From Candidatus Hodarchaeota archaeon (lineage in GTDB: Archaea; Asgardarchaeota; Heimdallarchaeia; Hodarchaeales; Hodarchaeaceae): 18,839 nt of DNA. This document shows, piece by piece, positions 6,681 through 16,079 of the stretch (the first letter of the stretch is position 1; each line of letters begins with the position of its first letter). Where the stretch lies: NCBI GenBank assembly GCA_029856365.1, contig JAHQWW010000074.1, positions 1 through 18,839 of the forward strand, read 5' to 3'. Made by a program: the position numbers and the translations under genes. A model generated the notes under the pieces. That model was not told the origin of the DNA. It was given only the letters and a program-made list of their open reading frames with translations, and did no database searches.

Positions 6681-8782
6681 TAGCCATGATGACACGAAAG
6701 GGCAGCTTACTAATTTTTATCATATTATTTCTTGGATTATCTCTAATTACATTTAGATTAAGCTTTCTCTCATCATCAAATGTCTCAACAAAATTTCGAG
6801 TGGATAGCATAACTAGACCAGTCGTGTTTGTCGACTTTGGACATGGAAATACTTATTATAACGAAATGAATGGAATCATAACTAATTTAACCGCTTGGGG
6901 GTATGATGTAATTAGAGGAATCGAAGTTTTCTCTGAAGAGGTTCTTAGTGATGTTGATATTATGATGATAGCCGCTCCTGCTAGTGAGAATAACAATTTT
7001 ACTACTACTGAGCTTGCAGCTATTCGAGCTTGGTTTGATTCAGGTGATAAAAGTATTTGGGTTGCGGGAGACTCTGATTACTTTACTTCTGCTCCAATTA
7101 AGCACGCAAATGCAATTCTCGAAGCCATTGATTCAACTATCTACTGTGAATCAGGGGCAATTGAGTCAAAGACAAATACTGGGGCAGTTTATCGTGTATT
7201 AGCCCCTGATTTTAATACTAGTCATCCTATCTGTCAAGGAGTAGAACATGTAGGTGAGATAGATGGAGTTCTCTTTCATGGCCCTTGTCCAGTAATAGGG
7301 TTTAATGGAACTGACTATGTTGCACTTGAAGAAGAAGAGAACATTCCTGACAATGTTCAAATCATCGTACAATGCAACGGAACTAATAATGCTTCTTGGT
7401 ATCGTAGGTGGTCTGAAAGATTAGGGTATGAAGTTCATCAATTGGGTGCCAACGCTTCATACGTTATGATGGCTATTGAAACAAATGCAGGAATTGCAGG
7501 TACAGGGACAATTATCGTTTCAGGTGAAGTTATTTGGAGTGATTATAAAATAATGTTTGCTCCACCTCCAGATTACCTTGAAAACAATGGAATTCATGTT
7601 GACAACTACATTATTGTTAAAAATACCCTCCATTGGCTAGAACCACCACCTCCTGGCCCTGGAGCTGTTATTAAAGGAGAAATTCCAATTGAAATTTTTA
7701 ATTTCATCGCTTATGGCGATACCCGAGGTGAGGACTATGGTTTTGGGGATGCTGGGGAATTGCATCAAGACATTGTCAATAGATACATGCTTTGCACTCC
7801 TGAATTAGTACTCCACACTGGCGACATGGTTTGTCAAGGTGGGAGATATGAAGAGTGGGAACCGTTTAATCAATCAATAGCCCCTGTTTGGGATGCTGGA
7901 ATCCCCTTCTATGGTGCTATTGGTAACCACGAAAAATACCTTGATAAAGGAGTTTTTGAAAATTATACGCGTTTCTTCGATTACTCGGCTGTAATTGATA
8001 CACCAGGAGAAAATGAAAGATGGTATTCGCTTGATTATGAAGGTGTTCACTTCATCAGTCTTAATACTGAAGAATATTTTGCCAGTGGAGAATTTATCTG
8101 CTCTACCGATCAGATGGATTGGCTTCTTTTTGATTTAAGCACTACCCAAACAGAAGATATCATTGTTGTGATGTTTCATCGGCCATGTTATTCAGTCACC
8201 CTAGGAAGTCCTTATCGTGAAGCTGAAGCAGTTACTATTCAAGATGCCTTTCATGACCTCTTCATTCAATATGATGTAGACGTTGTATTCAATGGTCATA
8301 ACCATTATTACTATCGGACTCTTCGTAATAGTATCTATTATGTGACAACTGGTGGAGGTGGTGCTCCCCCTGCGCACATTGATACCACTTGCAGTACGTG
8401 GCAAGAAGGAGATGTTGGATACACTGAATATCATTTCTGTAATGTCATGATTAATTCTACTAATATTGTAGTTGATGTCAGAACACTAAATGGATCTTCT
8501 TTAGATTTTTTTACTATTGATCCACTGAGTTCAGGTACCATCATCACCGAGGAAACGACTACTGAGGTTGACACCACTGAAAAAATTACTACTGATGAAA
8601 CTACCGATGGAGAAACCTCAACAACTACCCAACAGGATATAGAAACAAGTACACAAGAAACCACAAAGGATCAAGGTGAACCTCCGAAGATAACTCCAGG
8701 GATGACAATAACAACTACCATTCTTGTTATGGTTTTAATTAGTTCAATAATTACATTGAAACGAAAGAAAAAGCAATTCTAA
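6677..8782 (+). CDS. Secreted, membrane-anchored protein: GIFT/DUF4350 (GATase-I-like) domain + calcineurin-like metallophosphoesterase + Thr/Glu-rich stalk + C-terminal sorting/TM segment
   Basis: Signal peptide RKGSLLIFIILFLGLSLI; likely start is ATG 6686 or 6689 after GAGTGA. The N domain has VFVDFGHGN, LSDVDIMMIAAP and FTTTELAAIRAWFDSG..IWVAGD. Phosphoesterase motifs are YGDTR, HTGDMV, IGNHE, MFHRP and NGHNH. It ends in a TTEETTT-type linker and TPG-hydrophobic-KRKKK. Confidence 0.85.
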   Translation: MIAMMTRKGSLLIFIILFLGLSLITFRLSFLSSSNVSTKFRVDSITRPVVFVDFGHGNTYYNEMNGIITNLTAWGYDVIRGIEVFSEEVLSDVDIMMIAAPASENNNFTTTELAAIRAWFDSGDKSIWVAGDSDYFTSAPIKHANAILEAIDSTIYCESGAIESKTNTGAVYRVLAPDFNTSHPICQGVEHVGEIDGVLFHGPCPVIGFNGTDYVALEEEENIPDNVQIIVQCNGTNNASWYRRWSERLGYEVHQLGANASYVMMAIETNAGIAGTGTIIVSGEVIWSDYKIMFAPPPDYLENNGIHVDNYIIVKNTLHWLEPPPPGPGAVIKGEIPIEIFNFIAYGDTRGEDYGFGDAGELHQDIVNRYMLCTPELVLHTGDMVCQGGRYEEWEPFNQSIAPVWDAGIPFYGAIGNHEKYLDKGVFENYTRFFDYSAVIDTPGENERWYSLDYEGVHFISLNTEEYFASGEFICSTDQMDWLLFDLSTTQTEDIIVVMFHRPCYSVTLGSPYREAEAVTIQDAFHDLFIQYDVDVVFNGHNHYYYRTLRNSIYYVTTGGGGAPPAHIDTTCSTWQEGDVGYTEYHFCNVMINSTNIVVDVRTLNGSSLDFFTIDPLSSGTIITEETTTEVDTTEKITTDETTDGETSTTTQQDIETSTQETTKDQGEPPKITPGMTITTTILVMVLISSIITLKRKKKQF

Positions 8783-8869
8783 AGATTTAAAGTTCTGAAC
8801 AGCTAGAATGAACATGTCCTCTATTGAGAGAAGTGGTTATTCTAACCGCAACGGAAAAATGTGGGTTAG

Positions 8870-9265
8870 ATGTCATTAACTGAACTTCATTTACTTCTTT
8901 TAAAATTCATTCAATACTGCAATGACCTTAGTGATGACGCTCTCTTTGTCGTTGAAGGGAAAAAAGATACCTACACTCTACGCTTATTAGGTTTGACGGG
9001 GATAATCATTGAGAAGGGGCAAAAATCTCTTAATAAATTAGTTGATACGGTTTTTCAAGCTCCTATAATTGTAATTCTGACAGACTTCGATCGGAAAGGT
9101 AAATACTTGCGTAAAATTATTGGTAGAGAGATCCAGCAAAGAAAAGGGCATGGTAGAATCGATAATTACGCCAGACAACTTCTTTATAAGTTTTGTAGAG
9201 CCTATAGAATCACTGAAATCGAGGATCTTGATCGTTTTGCATCTAATGCTCAAGTAAAAAGCTAG
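8870..9265 (+). CDS. Small stand-alone TOPRIM domain protein (RNase M5/primase-like, archaeal UPF0292-like)
   Basis: TOPRIM motifs VVEGKKD and LTDFDRKG in a 131-aa protein ending EIEDL. Confidence 0.85.
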   Translation: MSLTELHLLLLKFIQYCNDLSDDALFVVEGKKDTYTLRLLGLTGIIIEKGQKSLNKLVDTVFQAPIIVILTDFDRKGKYLRKIIGREIQQRKGHGRIDNYARQLLYKFCRAYRITEIEDLDRFASNAQVKS

Positions 9266-9320
9266 GAAGGATGTTTTTCAAGTAGCTTCTTAAATGACAT
9301 AAAAGTCTTATATGCAATAA

Positions 9321-9334
9321 TTTTTATTTTTTTT
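9321..9334 (+). terminator. Archaeal-type oligo-T terminator candidate after the TOPRIM gene
   Basis: TTTTTATTTTTTTT about 55 nt downstream of the stop codon. Confidence 0.4.
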
Positions 9335-9418
9335 ACCAAGTTCTTTGCTTTATTCTGTTTATAATCCTAGTAACACAGCAGAAAGATCTATATTTGGAAT
9401 TCAAATTACGAGATGTAA

Positions 9419-10498
9419 ATGATGCAGGCTATAATGAAGACAAAAGAGGAAAAAGGATTTGAAATTCGAGAAGTTCCCGAACCAGAGATAACTCATGCTA
9501 ATGAAGTTAAAATTAAAGTTGATGTTGCTTCCATCTGTGGTACAGATCATCATATGTGGGAGTACGACCAATGGGCTCAAAAGCGATTACCTCCAGCTAT
9601 CCCATTTATCGCTGGTCATGAATTGGGAGGAGAGGTTATAGAAATTGGTCCTGATGTCAAAAACCTTCAGATAGGGAACAAAGTTTCACTGGAGTGTCAT
9701 GAGGCTTGTGGTACTTGTTATCAATGTCGAAGTGATCGTATGCACATTTGTCGATATACTAAAATTTTTGGGGTTGATAAAGATGGTATATTCACAGAGT
9801 TTACTGTTGTCCCCGAACTTAATTTGGTAAAAAATGATGCTAATCTTGATCCCGCTCTAGCTTCTCTTCAAGACCCCCTAGGAAATGCAGTCCATACAGT
9901 TTTTCCCAAGGGTTTAACTGAAGATGAAGGGATTGCTGGTAAAAACGTTTTCATAACTGGGTGTGGACCTATAGGATTAATGGCTATTCCAGTTGTGAAA
10001 TCATTTGGAGCAGCACAGGTCTTTGCTAGTGGCGGAGGTAGAAATTTACTAAGACTCGACATGGCTAAAAAATTAGGAGCAGATATGGTTCTTAATGCCC
10101 GTGAAGAAGAAGATATTCCCAAAATCATCAGGGACACAACTGATGGAAATGGTGTTGATATCCTTCTAGAGATGTCTGGTAATGTTCACGCTCTACGCCA
10201 GGGTTTAGAAGCATTAACACTAGGTGGGCGTGTTTCCTTATTAGGCTTCTTCCCTGGCCCAATCGAATTTGATATTAATTCGCTAATGATAAGTAAAGGT
10301 GCTAGTATATATGGAATTGCTGGTAGGCGTATGTTTGAAACATGGCAAGTGATGGGAGGAATTTTGAAGTCTAAAGAATTTCAGGATCAGCTAAAGAAAT
10401 TAATAACACATCGGGTCAATATGAAAGATTGGGAAAAGGGAATGATCGAAATCGATGAAAAGAGAGCTGTAAAAGTTGTTATGGATCCGTTCAAATGA
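9419..10498 (+). CDS. tdh: L-threonine 3-dehydrogenase (Zn-dependent medium-chain dehydrogenase)
   Basis: ICGTDHH, GHE, structural Zn motif CGTCYQC...C, DPLGNAVHT, GCGPIG, LEMSGN and GIAGRRMFETW. The last two are characteristic of Tdh. Confidence 0.9.
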   Translation: MMQAIMKTKEEKGFEIREVPEPEITHANEVKIKVDVASICGTDHHMWEYDQWAQKRLPPAIPFIAGHELGGEVIEIGPDVKNLQIGNKVSLECHEACGTCYQCRSDRMHICRYTKIFGVDKDGIFTEFTVVPELNLVKNDANLDPALASLQDPLGNAVHTVFPKGLTEDEGIAGKNVFITGCGPIGLMAIPVVKSFGAAQVFASGGGRNLLRLDMAKKLGADMVLNAREEEDIPKIIRDTTDGNGVDILLEMSGNVHALRQGLEALTLGGRVSLLGFFPGPIEFDINSLMISKGASIYGIAGRRMFETWQVMGGILKSKEFQDQLKKLITHRVNMKDWEKGMIEIDEKRAVKVVMDPFK

Positions 10499-10508
10499 TT
10501 CTCGGAGA

Positions 10509-10808
10509 TTATTTTCCTAAAAGTCGTCTTAACAACCCTTTCTTCTTGAAATGTTTATGCCATTGCCGAAGAATTTCATCACTGCAGTCATAAGGGCCAG
10601 TTAATGCATAGAATTCAATTCCTGCATTCACAGCAAGTTTTCTTAAATATTCACGATCGAGTTGAGATTCATTAATTTCAATAACTTTCAGTTTCTTCCC
10701 GACGTTGAAAAAAGTTAAGCGATAACCCTCTTTAGTCCTTTGCATTTCACAATAGTGATTTCGACTAGAAGGAACCTGAAATCTAGTTTTTTCGTTTTTA
10801 ACTAACAT
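10509..10808 (-). CDS. Hypothetical 99-aa protein with a C-terminal amphipathic helix (KKKGLLRRLLGK)
   Basis: Fills the gap between tdh (convergent, 10 bp apart) and the divergent solenoid gene. ATG start and ordinary globular composition. Confidence 0.7.
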   Translation of the reverse strand: MLVKNEKTRFQVPSSRNHYCEMQRTKEGYRLTFFNVGKKLKVIEINESQLDREYLRKLAVNAGIEFYALTGPYDCSDEILRQWHKHFKKKGLLRRLLGK

Positions 10809-11002
10809 AGAATCACAGTTGAACCATTAATCTAAAAATATTTGTGCATGTTTACACGCTTTAACTAAATAAACTTCATTTTTGATTTTTTTTCATGTTC
10901 GATAACAATAAAAAATAACCATTTAGCTATTATTGCAAAGAAAAAAAGTAATAAGTACTGGCTCCTTCAATAATAAATTGTGTTTAGAGGGTGGCATGAC
11001 GA

Positions 11003-14000
11003 ATGTCAGAAATTCAAAAAGAGTTATCAAAAGCTAAAACAAATGAGGATACCGGGAATTTTGAGAAAGCTGCTCAAAACTACTTCAAAGCAGCTAAGTT
11101 ATCAAATGATCTCAAACTTTACAACAAAGCCTTTTTTACAGCAAGGAAATCCGGTAGTTCTAATTTAATGTTCCAAACAGGAAAAAGCTACTATCACATG
11201 TTGGAGCAAGAAAATCAAGAAGAAAAGATTAAAGAATTGATTCCAACGTTCTTGGAAATTTCGGGTCGTGAACAAGATCGTTTGGCTGATTCCCCAAATG
11301 AAATGATTGGGGTTCTAGATTGGACTACTAAGTTATATCAATTAGTGGGGAAGACTGATGCTGCATATGATATCTCCTTACAAGCTGGAGAAACTTATTT
11401 TTCTTACGGACAACAACTTTTAACCACAAAGGTAAGACTAGGCAAGGAAGAGAAATGGCAAAGAGGATTAGAGCTGTTTGATAGTGCTATCGAAGCTTTT
11501 CAACAGATTAGGTTAGATACCCAATCGCTTGAGAAAATTCTTGAAGTTAAACTTGATAAAATAAGCAAATTAATCGACATTGGTCGTCATGTGGAAGGTG
11601 TTGAGGAGACCACAAATTTAATGGACTATTATAGATCTCAAGTGGCAGAAATTGTTCCATATTCTCATGAAGCTCTTTCTCTAAAAATTGCTAAAATCTT
11701 AGCACAAAAAAGTATTGCTGCTGCTCAAGATAAGAATTTCACCGTTTCCGAGGTGCTAATGAAGACAACAAAAGCAGGTTATGAAAATGCGGGGGAATTT
11801 ACTAAAGTTGCTCCTTATTTATGGCAATTAGCATTGATTTATGATGAATTTAATCAAAATAAACTCTTTTTTTCTCTTGTAGATGCAACATATGACACAG
11901 CTATGAAGTATCAGGATGAAACAATTCAACAAACGATTCTAAATTATCTAGACGGTCAAGCAAAAGATATCTGTTCAAAAATTATCAATTCTCGCCTTCT
12001 TATGGTCAAAAAAGGCCCAATCGAATTCCAAAACAATGAAGGGGTACAGTATCTATTAAAAAGTATGGATTTAGCTAAGAAAACCAATAATATTGAGATT
12101 CCTGACAAAACTTGCGGATTTCTCTTCCAATATGCTCAAACCATGTATGACAAGAAGTTAACAGATCATGCTTTCCCTTATTTTGAGTTCTGTGCTCAAA
12201 ATTGGTGGACCTTACAAAAAGGATCAAGTAAGACACAGGAAACCATTGACTATCTAGAATCCAAATTTGGTATTTTAATTACTGAAGGTAAGGTTAATAA
12301 AGCATCTAGACACCTAGGAACCATAATTTCGATCAAAATATTTATTGAGGAATATGAAAGTGCTGGTACTTCTGCTTTTTCATTTGCTCAATCAGCAGGT
12401 CAACAAGGAAAGCAAGAAATAGAATTAGAATTTCTGGAACGTGCTTATGATGCCTTTGTTGCTGTAAAAGCAACACTGAAATTACAAGATATGCTTAACT
12501 ATATTACCCAACAGATTGATCCATTATTCAATTTAGATTCTAAATCACAGGAACCTAGAAAGAAATTCATTCATTTAGGAGGTTTAATTGCTGCAGCGAT
12601 ATCAGAAGAGGCTCAAGGGGAATTTTTCCAGGCCACAACATTTAAAGCTCTCAATTCTGGGTTAATTGATCTAGGAATTAGCTTTGCAGATAAAACATTT
12701 GAAGTTTTGAAGAATTATGATCAGCACGCTGCTGCTGATCTTTACTTCAAAGTAGGATCTCTTTTGTTAGAAACTGATATGGAGAAAGCACTTGAATTTG
12801 TTTCGAAGTCGACGAAGTTTGCATCAGAACACGAACCTTTGAAGGAGCTGATAGAACGTAATCTTAATTATATCCAAGGAAATGCGCTTGCTAGCACAGA
12901 TTTATCCACTAAAATGTTCCTTGTAAAGAAACTGGAACTCTTATACGATATAGTTGAGAAAGGTGATGTTTTCAATGAATTCCTTTTTACTTTAACACAA
13001 AATCTTGCAGAAAATGCTAAGCAACCAGATTATTTTGCTGAAATGAAAAATCTTCTTTCTAAAACTTTTTATGGTTTCCATACTCAAGATCCTAATCATT
13101 TAAAACTTCCAGAAATCATTACGTGGACAAATAATCATATCTTGGAGGCATATTCAGATAGTGAACATGCTCAAATGTATGAGCTTGCTATCCAAAATTT
13201 AGCGTACCATGAAGAATTAAATCAAATCCAAGAGTACATTAATTTCTTTTGGACTCTTTTTAATAAATTTGTCTCTAACGAGGATTTCCCTCATGCTATT
13301 GCTTATTTCAAACAGGTTTACCAAACACTTGATCGGTTAGAGCAACCTATTGAAGTTAAAAAGGAAATCACAGAGAAAGTAGCTACATGTATAGATCGGG
13401 GTATCAAACCAAGAATAGCTGATGAAAAATTTGATGAGGCGTGGCCTATTATTGAAGGATTATTTTCAATTCTTGAGGAAGTGAGCTCGCATTCCGAAGG
13501 AATAAGCTTGTATCAAGCCAATGCTGAACTCTTCGCTCCAACTCGTTTAGATCTAGCTTTAACAATGTGGAGTCAAGCTATTGGTAAAGCTAAGACAATA
13601 AATGATAATGAAGCTATAACCGCAATGGCAAAAACCATTCTTGACGATGTTGTACCAATATATGTTGAAAGAGGAATTACTGGGGCGGTTAATCAGCTTT
13701 ATTCCCAAGCAGCCTCCGCTTATCATGCGTTAGGAAATACTGGTGCTATGTTAGATGTAATGTTAAATGCAACTAAATATAACTTATCTCTGGGTGATTT
13801 TGATGCTGTTCATGAACTAGGCAAAAAAGGGTTCGAAATAGCTATTAAATCCAATGCTGATGAATCTTTGTTCGAATTTGCAAACATGTTTTTCGCTGTG
13901 GGTAGTGGATTACTAACAGAAGATCCTGAGATTGGTGTTAAACTGATAAAAACAGCTTCAGATTATTTAGAAGATTATGGACCATCAGGATATGATCATT

Positions 14001-14485
14001 ATTGCATAAAAATGGCAGAAATTTACGAGGAATTGTATAATACTCCCTTAACACAACAAATAGCTCAAAACGAACGTGACAAGATTCTACAACATTTCAA
14101 AGATTCAGGAAGAAAAAAAGAAGAGGGCCGTTTTCTCATAAAGACCGCAAAGTTAAGTTTTCAAGCTGGCAAAATAAATGAGGGGTTAAATCTTATTTCT
14201 CAAGCAACTACTATCTTAAAAGAACTGGAAGACGAAGATGGCCTAAGTGAGATAGTAAGTACTTGTTTAAAAACGGCTGCTAACTACCGTGTTGGAACGG
14301 ATGAATATATCGCCCTTTCTCGTCATGCTGCCAGTGTGCAGGAGACAGCAACCGTTGAAATTTCTGAGGAGAAGACACAAGAAGCGTTCACTGATCTTTT
14401 TGATGGTTTATTGGATGATATGACAAGTCTAATGGATCCTAAAGAACGAGAAAGAAGAAAAAAAGAGAAGAAAAAGAGAAGATAA
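11003..14485 (+). CDS. Large all-helical alpha-solenoid protein (TPR/alpha-SNAP-like repeats)
   Basis: Recurrent helical-hairpin patterns EKAAQNYFKAAKL, KVAPYLWQLALIY, HAAADLYFKVGSLL, AVNQLYSQAASAYHALG and KEEGRFLIKTAKLSFQAG. No catalytic motifs. SD-like GAGGGTG upstream. Confidence 0.75.
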   Translation: MSEIQKELSKAKTNEDTGNFEKAAQNYFKAAKLSNDLKLYNKAFFTARKSGSSNLMFQTGKSYYHMLEQENQEEKIKELIPTFLEISGREQDRLADSPNEMIGVLDWTTKLYQLVGKTDAAYDISLQAGETYFSYGQQLLTTKVRLGKEEKWQRGLELFDSAIEAFQQIRLDTQSLEKILEVKLDKISKLIDIGRHVEGVEETTNLMDYYRSQVAEIVPYSHEALSLKIAKILAQKSIAAAQDKNFTVSEVLMKTTKAGYENAGEFTKVAPYLWQLALIYDEFNQNKLFFSLVDATYDTAMKYQDETIQQTILNYLDGQAKDICSKIINSRLLMVKKGPIEFQNNEGVQYLLKSMDLAKKTNNIEIPDKTCGFLFQYAQTMYDKKLTDHAFPYFEFCAQNWWTLQKGSSKTQETIDYLESKFGILITEGKVNKASRHLGTIISIKIFIEEYESAGTSAFSFAQSAGQQGKQEIELEFLERAYDAFVAVKATLKLQDMLNYITQQIDPLFNLDSKSQEPRKKFIHLGGLIAAAISEEAQGEFFQATTFKALNSGLIDLGISFADKTFEVLKNYDQHAAADLYFKVGSLLLETDMEKALEFVSKSTKFASEHEPLKELIERNLNYIQGNALASTDLSTKMFLVKKLELLYDIVEKGDVFNEFLFTLTQNLAENAKQPDYFAEMKNLLSKTFYGFHTQDPNHLKLPEIITWTNNHILEAYSDSEHAQMYELAIQNLAYHEELNQIQEYINFFWTLFNKFVSNEDFPHAIAYFKQVYQTLDRLEQPIEVKKEITEKVATCIDRGIKPRIADEKFDEAWPIIEGLFSILEEVSSHSEGISLYQANAELFAPTRLDLALTMWSQAIGKAKTINDNEAITAMAKTILDDVVPIYVERGITGAVNQLYSQAASAYHALGNTGAMLDVMLNATKYNLSLGDFDAVHELGKKGFEIAIKSNADESLFEFANMFFAVGSGLLTEDPEIGVKLIKTASDYLEDYGPSGYDHYCIKMAEIYEELYNTPLTQQIAQNERDKILQHFKDSGRKKEEGRFLIKTAKLSFQAGKINEGLNLISQATTILKELEDEDGLSEIVSTCLKTAANYRVGTDEYIALSRHAASVQETATVEISEEKTQEAFTDLFDGLLDDMTSLMDPKERERRKKEKKKRR

Positions 14486-14490
14486 AATCA

Positions 14491-14497
14491 TTTTTTT
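14491..14497 (+). terminator. Oligo-T terminator candidate
   Basis: T7 run 5 nt after the solenoid stop codon, with further T-runs downstream. Confidence 0.4.
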
Positions 14498-14654
14498 ACA
14501 CTCCTTTTAGAAAACGCTATCTTACCATTCCTTTTTTTCAAAACATTCTGTTGATAAATTGATAGCTTAGAATCCTTACATTTCGAGCAATATTTTTATA
14601 ATTAAGCATAAAATATCAATTCAACTTAAAATAAATAAAACAAAGGACATTTTT

Positions 14655-16079
14655 ATGACAATTGAAGAAATTAAAACTGATTATCAACCAGTTAAGTGGC
14701 AAAAAGTGTGGTGGAGCTCAATTGAATTTGGGAGTACGATTTCATCTGGGATTTTAGATACTTTCCTTGTAGCTTTTTATTTCTTTGATGTTCTTGGCGA
14801 GTACACTGGGCCAGGGGTGGTTGAGAGAATGTTCTTTATTGGAACCGTAATTTTTTTTGGAAGAATAATCCAGGGTCTTGCCAATCTTCCAGTGGCTCAA
14901 ATCTCTGATAGAATTCGGACAAGATGGGGAAGAAGAAGAGTCTTTGTATTATTTGGATCCGTTCCATGGGGATTAAGTGTTTTTATGTTATTTGGTATTC
15001 CTTCTCTGTTTCCACAGCTATTTGGAGATTCCTTAATTTTTTCGCTTGCTTGGCTTGCAATTTGGTATACATTCTACAATATTATGAATGCAGCGGTTAT
15101 TAATCCTTATTTAGCTATGTTACCAGAAATAGCTAAAGGATCTTTGGAAAGAACACGGTATCAACAATTCCGTACGCTTTTCGCGTTTCTAGGAATGGTT
15201 CTTGCCACAATTGTTTGGCCAATAGTTGGGGAAGAACTGGGTGCTCCAATAATTACCTGTTTGATGATTTTAACCGCCCTAACTATGGTTCTAGGTTCAA
15301 AGGAGGATGAGAAAGTTGAACCCACAACTATTGGTTTTAGAGAATCGGCTAACACGGTTCTGAGAAATCCTGCATTCCAGCCTTACATAGTGACGATTAT
15401 GGGGTGGACGGCTGCATCTCAGATGTTATTAGCACAACTTCCAATGGTTGTTGAAGGATTATTTGGATTAGATCTTGACTCAACAGAAACAATATCGTGG
15501 ATTGGTATTAAACCCTCTTTCTTAATGGCAATAGTCGGCGGAATCTTTATTATTACTGCAATCATAATAATTCCGTTTATTACCAAGATTCAATTACAAT
15601 TAGGTAAGAAAAAAAGCTTTCAGCTATTCATGATTCTATTTGCAGCATTTGCTTCCAGTATAGCCTTTCTGGGTTTTCTACCAGGCACACCATCAGCTGG
15701 TACAGATGATTACTATCGAATTATCTTTTTTCATCTTGTCATCAGCATCCTACTAACTGGAATCCCGGTAGGTGGCTTTGTGGTTTTACTATATTCTGTT
15801 TTTTCTGATGTTATTGATAATGATCATTATGGTGATCAAGAAAGACGAGAATCCATGTATTTTGCTGTGCAAGGAGTATTAGATTGGGGCGCTGCTAGTG
15901 CTGGAGCATTGATTATGGGTTTAATTTTAGCAATATTCGGAACCTCTGACTTTGGAGGAGTAGAAGATGCAGGAATTTTAGGAACTGGAAGTCTTGGAAT
16001 AAGAATTGTTGTGTTAGTTGCTGCAGCAATCATGGTTTTTGCTAGTTGGTGGTTCAGAAAATACCCATTAGAAGGTTAA
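14655..16079 (+). CDS. MFS transporter, glycoside-pentoside-hexuronide (GPH/MelB-like, MFS_2) family
   Basis: About 12 hydrophobic segments, with ISDRIRTRWGRRR, NPYLAMLPE..ER, LGKKK, SDVID and RRESMYF motifs typical of GPH symporters. Confidence 0.88.
   Translation: MTIEEIKTDYQPVKWQKVWWSSIEFGSTISSGILDTFLVAFYFFDVLGEYTGPGVVERMFFIGTVIFFGRIIQGLANLPVAQISDRIRTRWGRRRVFVLFGSVPWGLSVFMLFGIPSLFPQLFGDSLIFSLAWLAIWYTFYNIMNAAVINPYLAMLPEIAKGSLERTRYQQFRTLFAFLGMVLATIVWPIVGEELGAPIITCLMILTALTMVLGSKEDEKVEPTTIGFRESANTVLRNPAFQPYIVTIMGWTAASQMLLAQLPMVVEGLFGLDLDSTETISWIGIKPSFLMAIVGGIFIITAIIIIPFITKIQLQLGKKKSFQLFMILFAAFASSIAFLGFLPGTPSAGTDDYYRIIFFHLVISILLTGIPVGGFVVLLYSVFSDVIDNDHYGDQERRESMYFAVQGVLDWGAASAGALIMGLILAIFGTSDFGGVEDAGILGTGSLGIRIVVLVAAAIMVFASWWFRKYPLEG

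Noticed and set aside
5537-6810. Minus-strand ORFs within or overlapping the Cdc48N-vWA gene
   Set aside because: Antisense shadows with no independent evidence.
8431-8664. Val/Ser-rich minus-strand ORF and apparent ACT/ACC repeats
   Set aside because: This is the reverse reading of the Thr-rich stalk; the repeats are codon-level low complexity, not a DNA repeat array or CRISPR.
10980-11168. 62-aa ORF overlapping the solenoid start; likewise 16651-16863 opposite MaoC and 6984-7202 within the phosphoesterase gene
   Set aside because: Out-of-frame or antisense overlaps with stronger genes, with no motifs.
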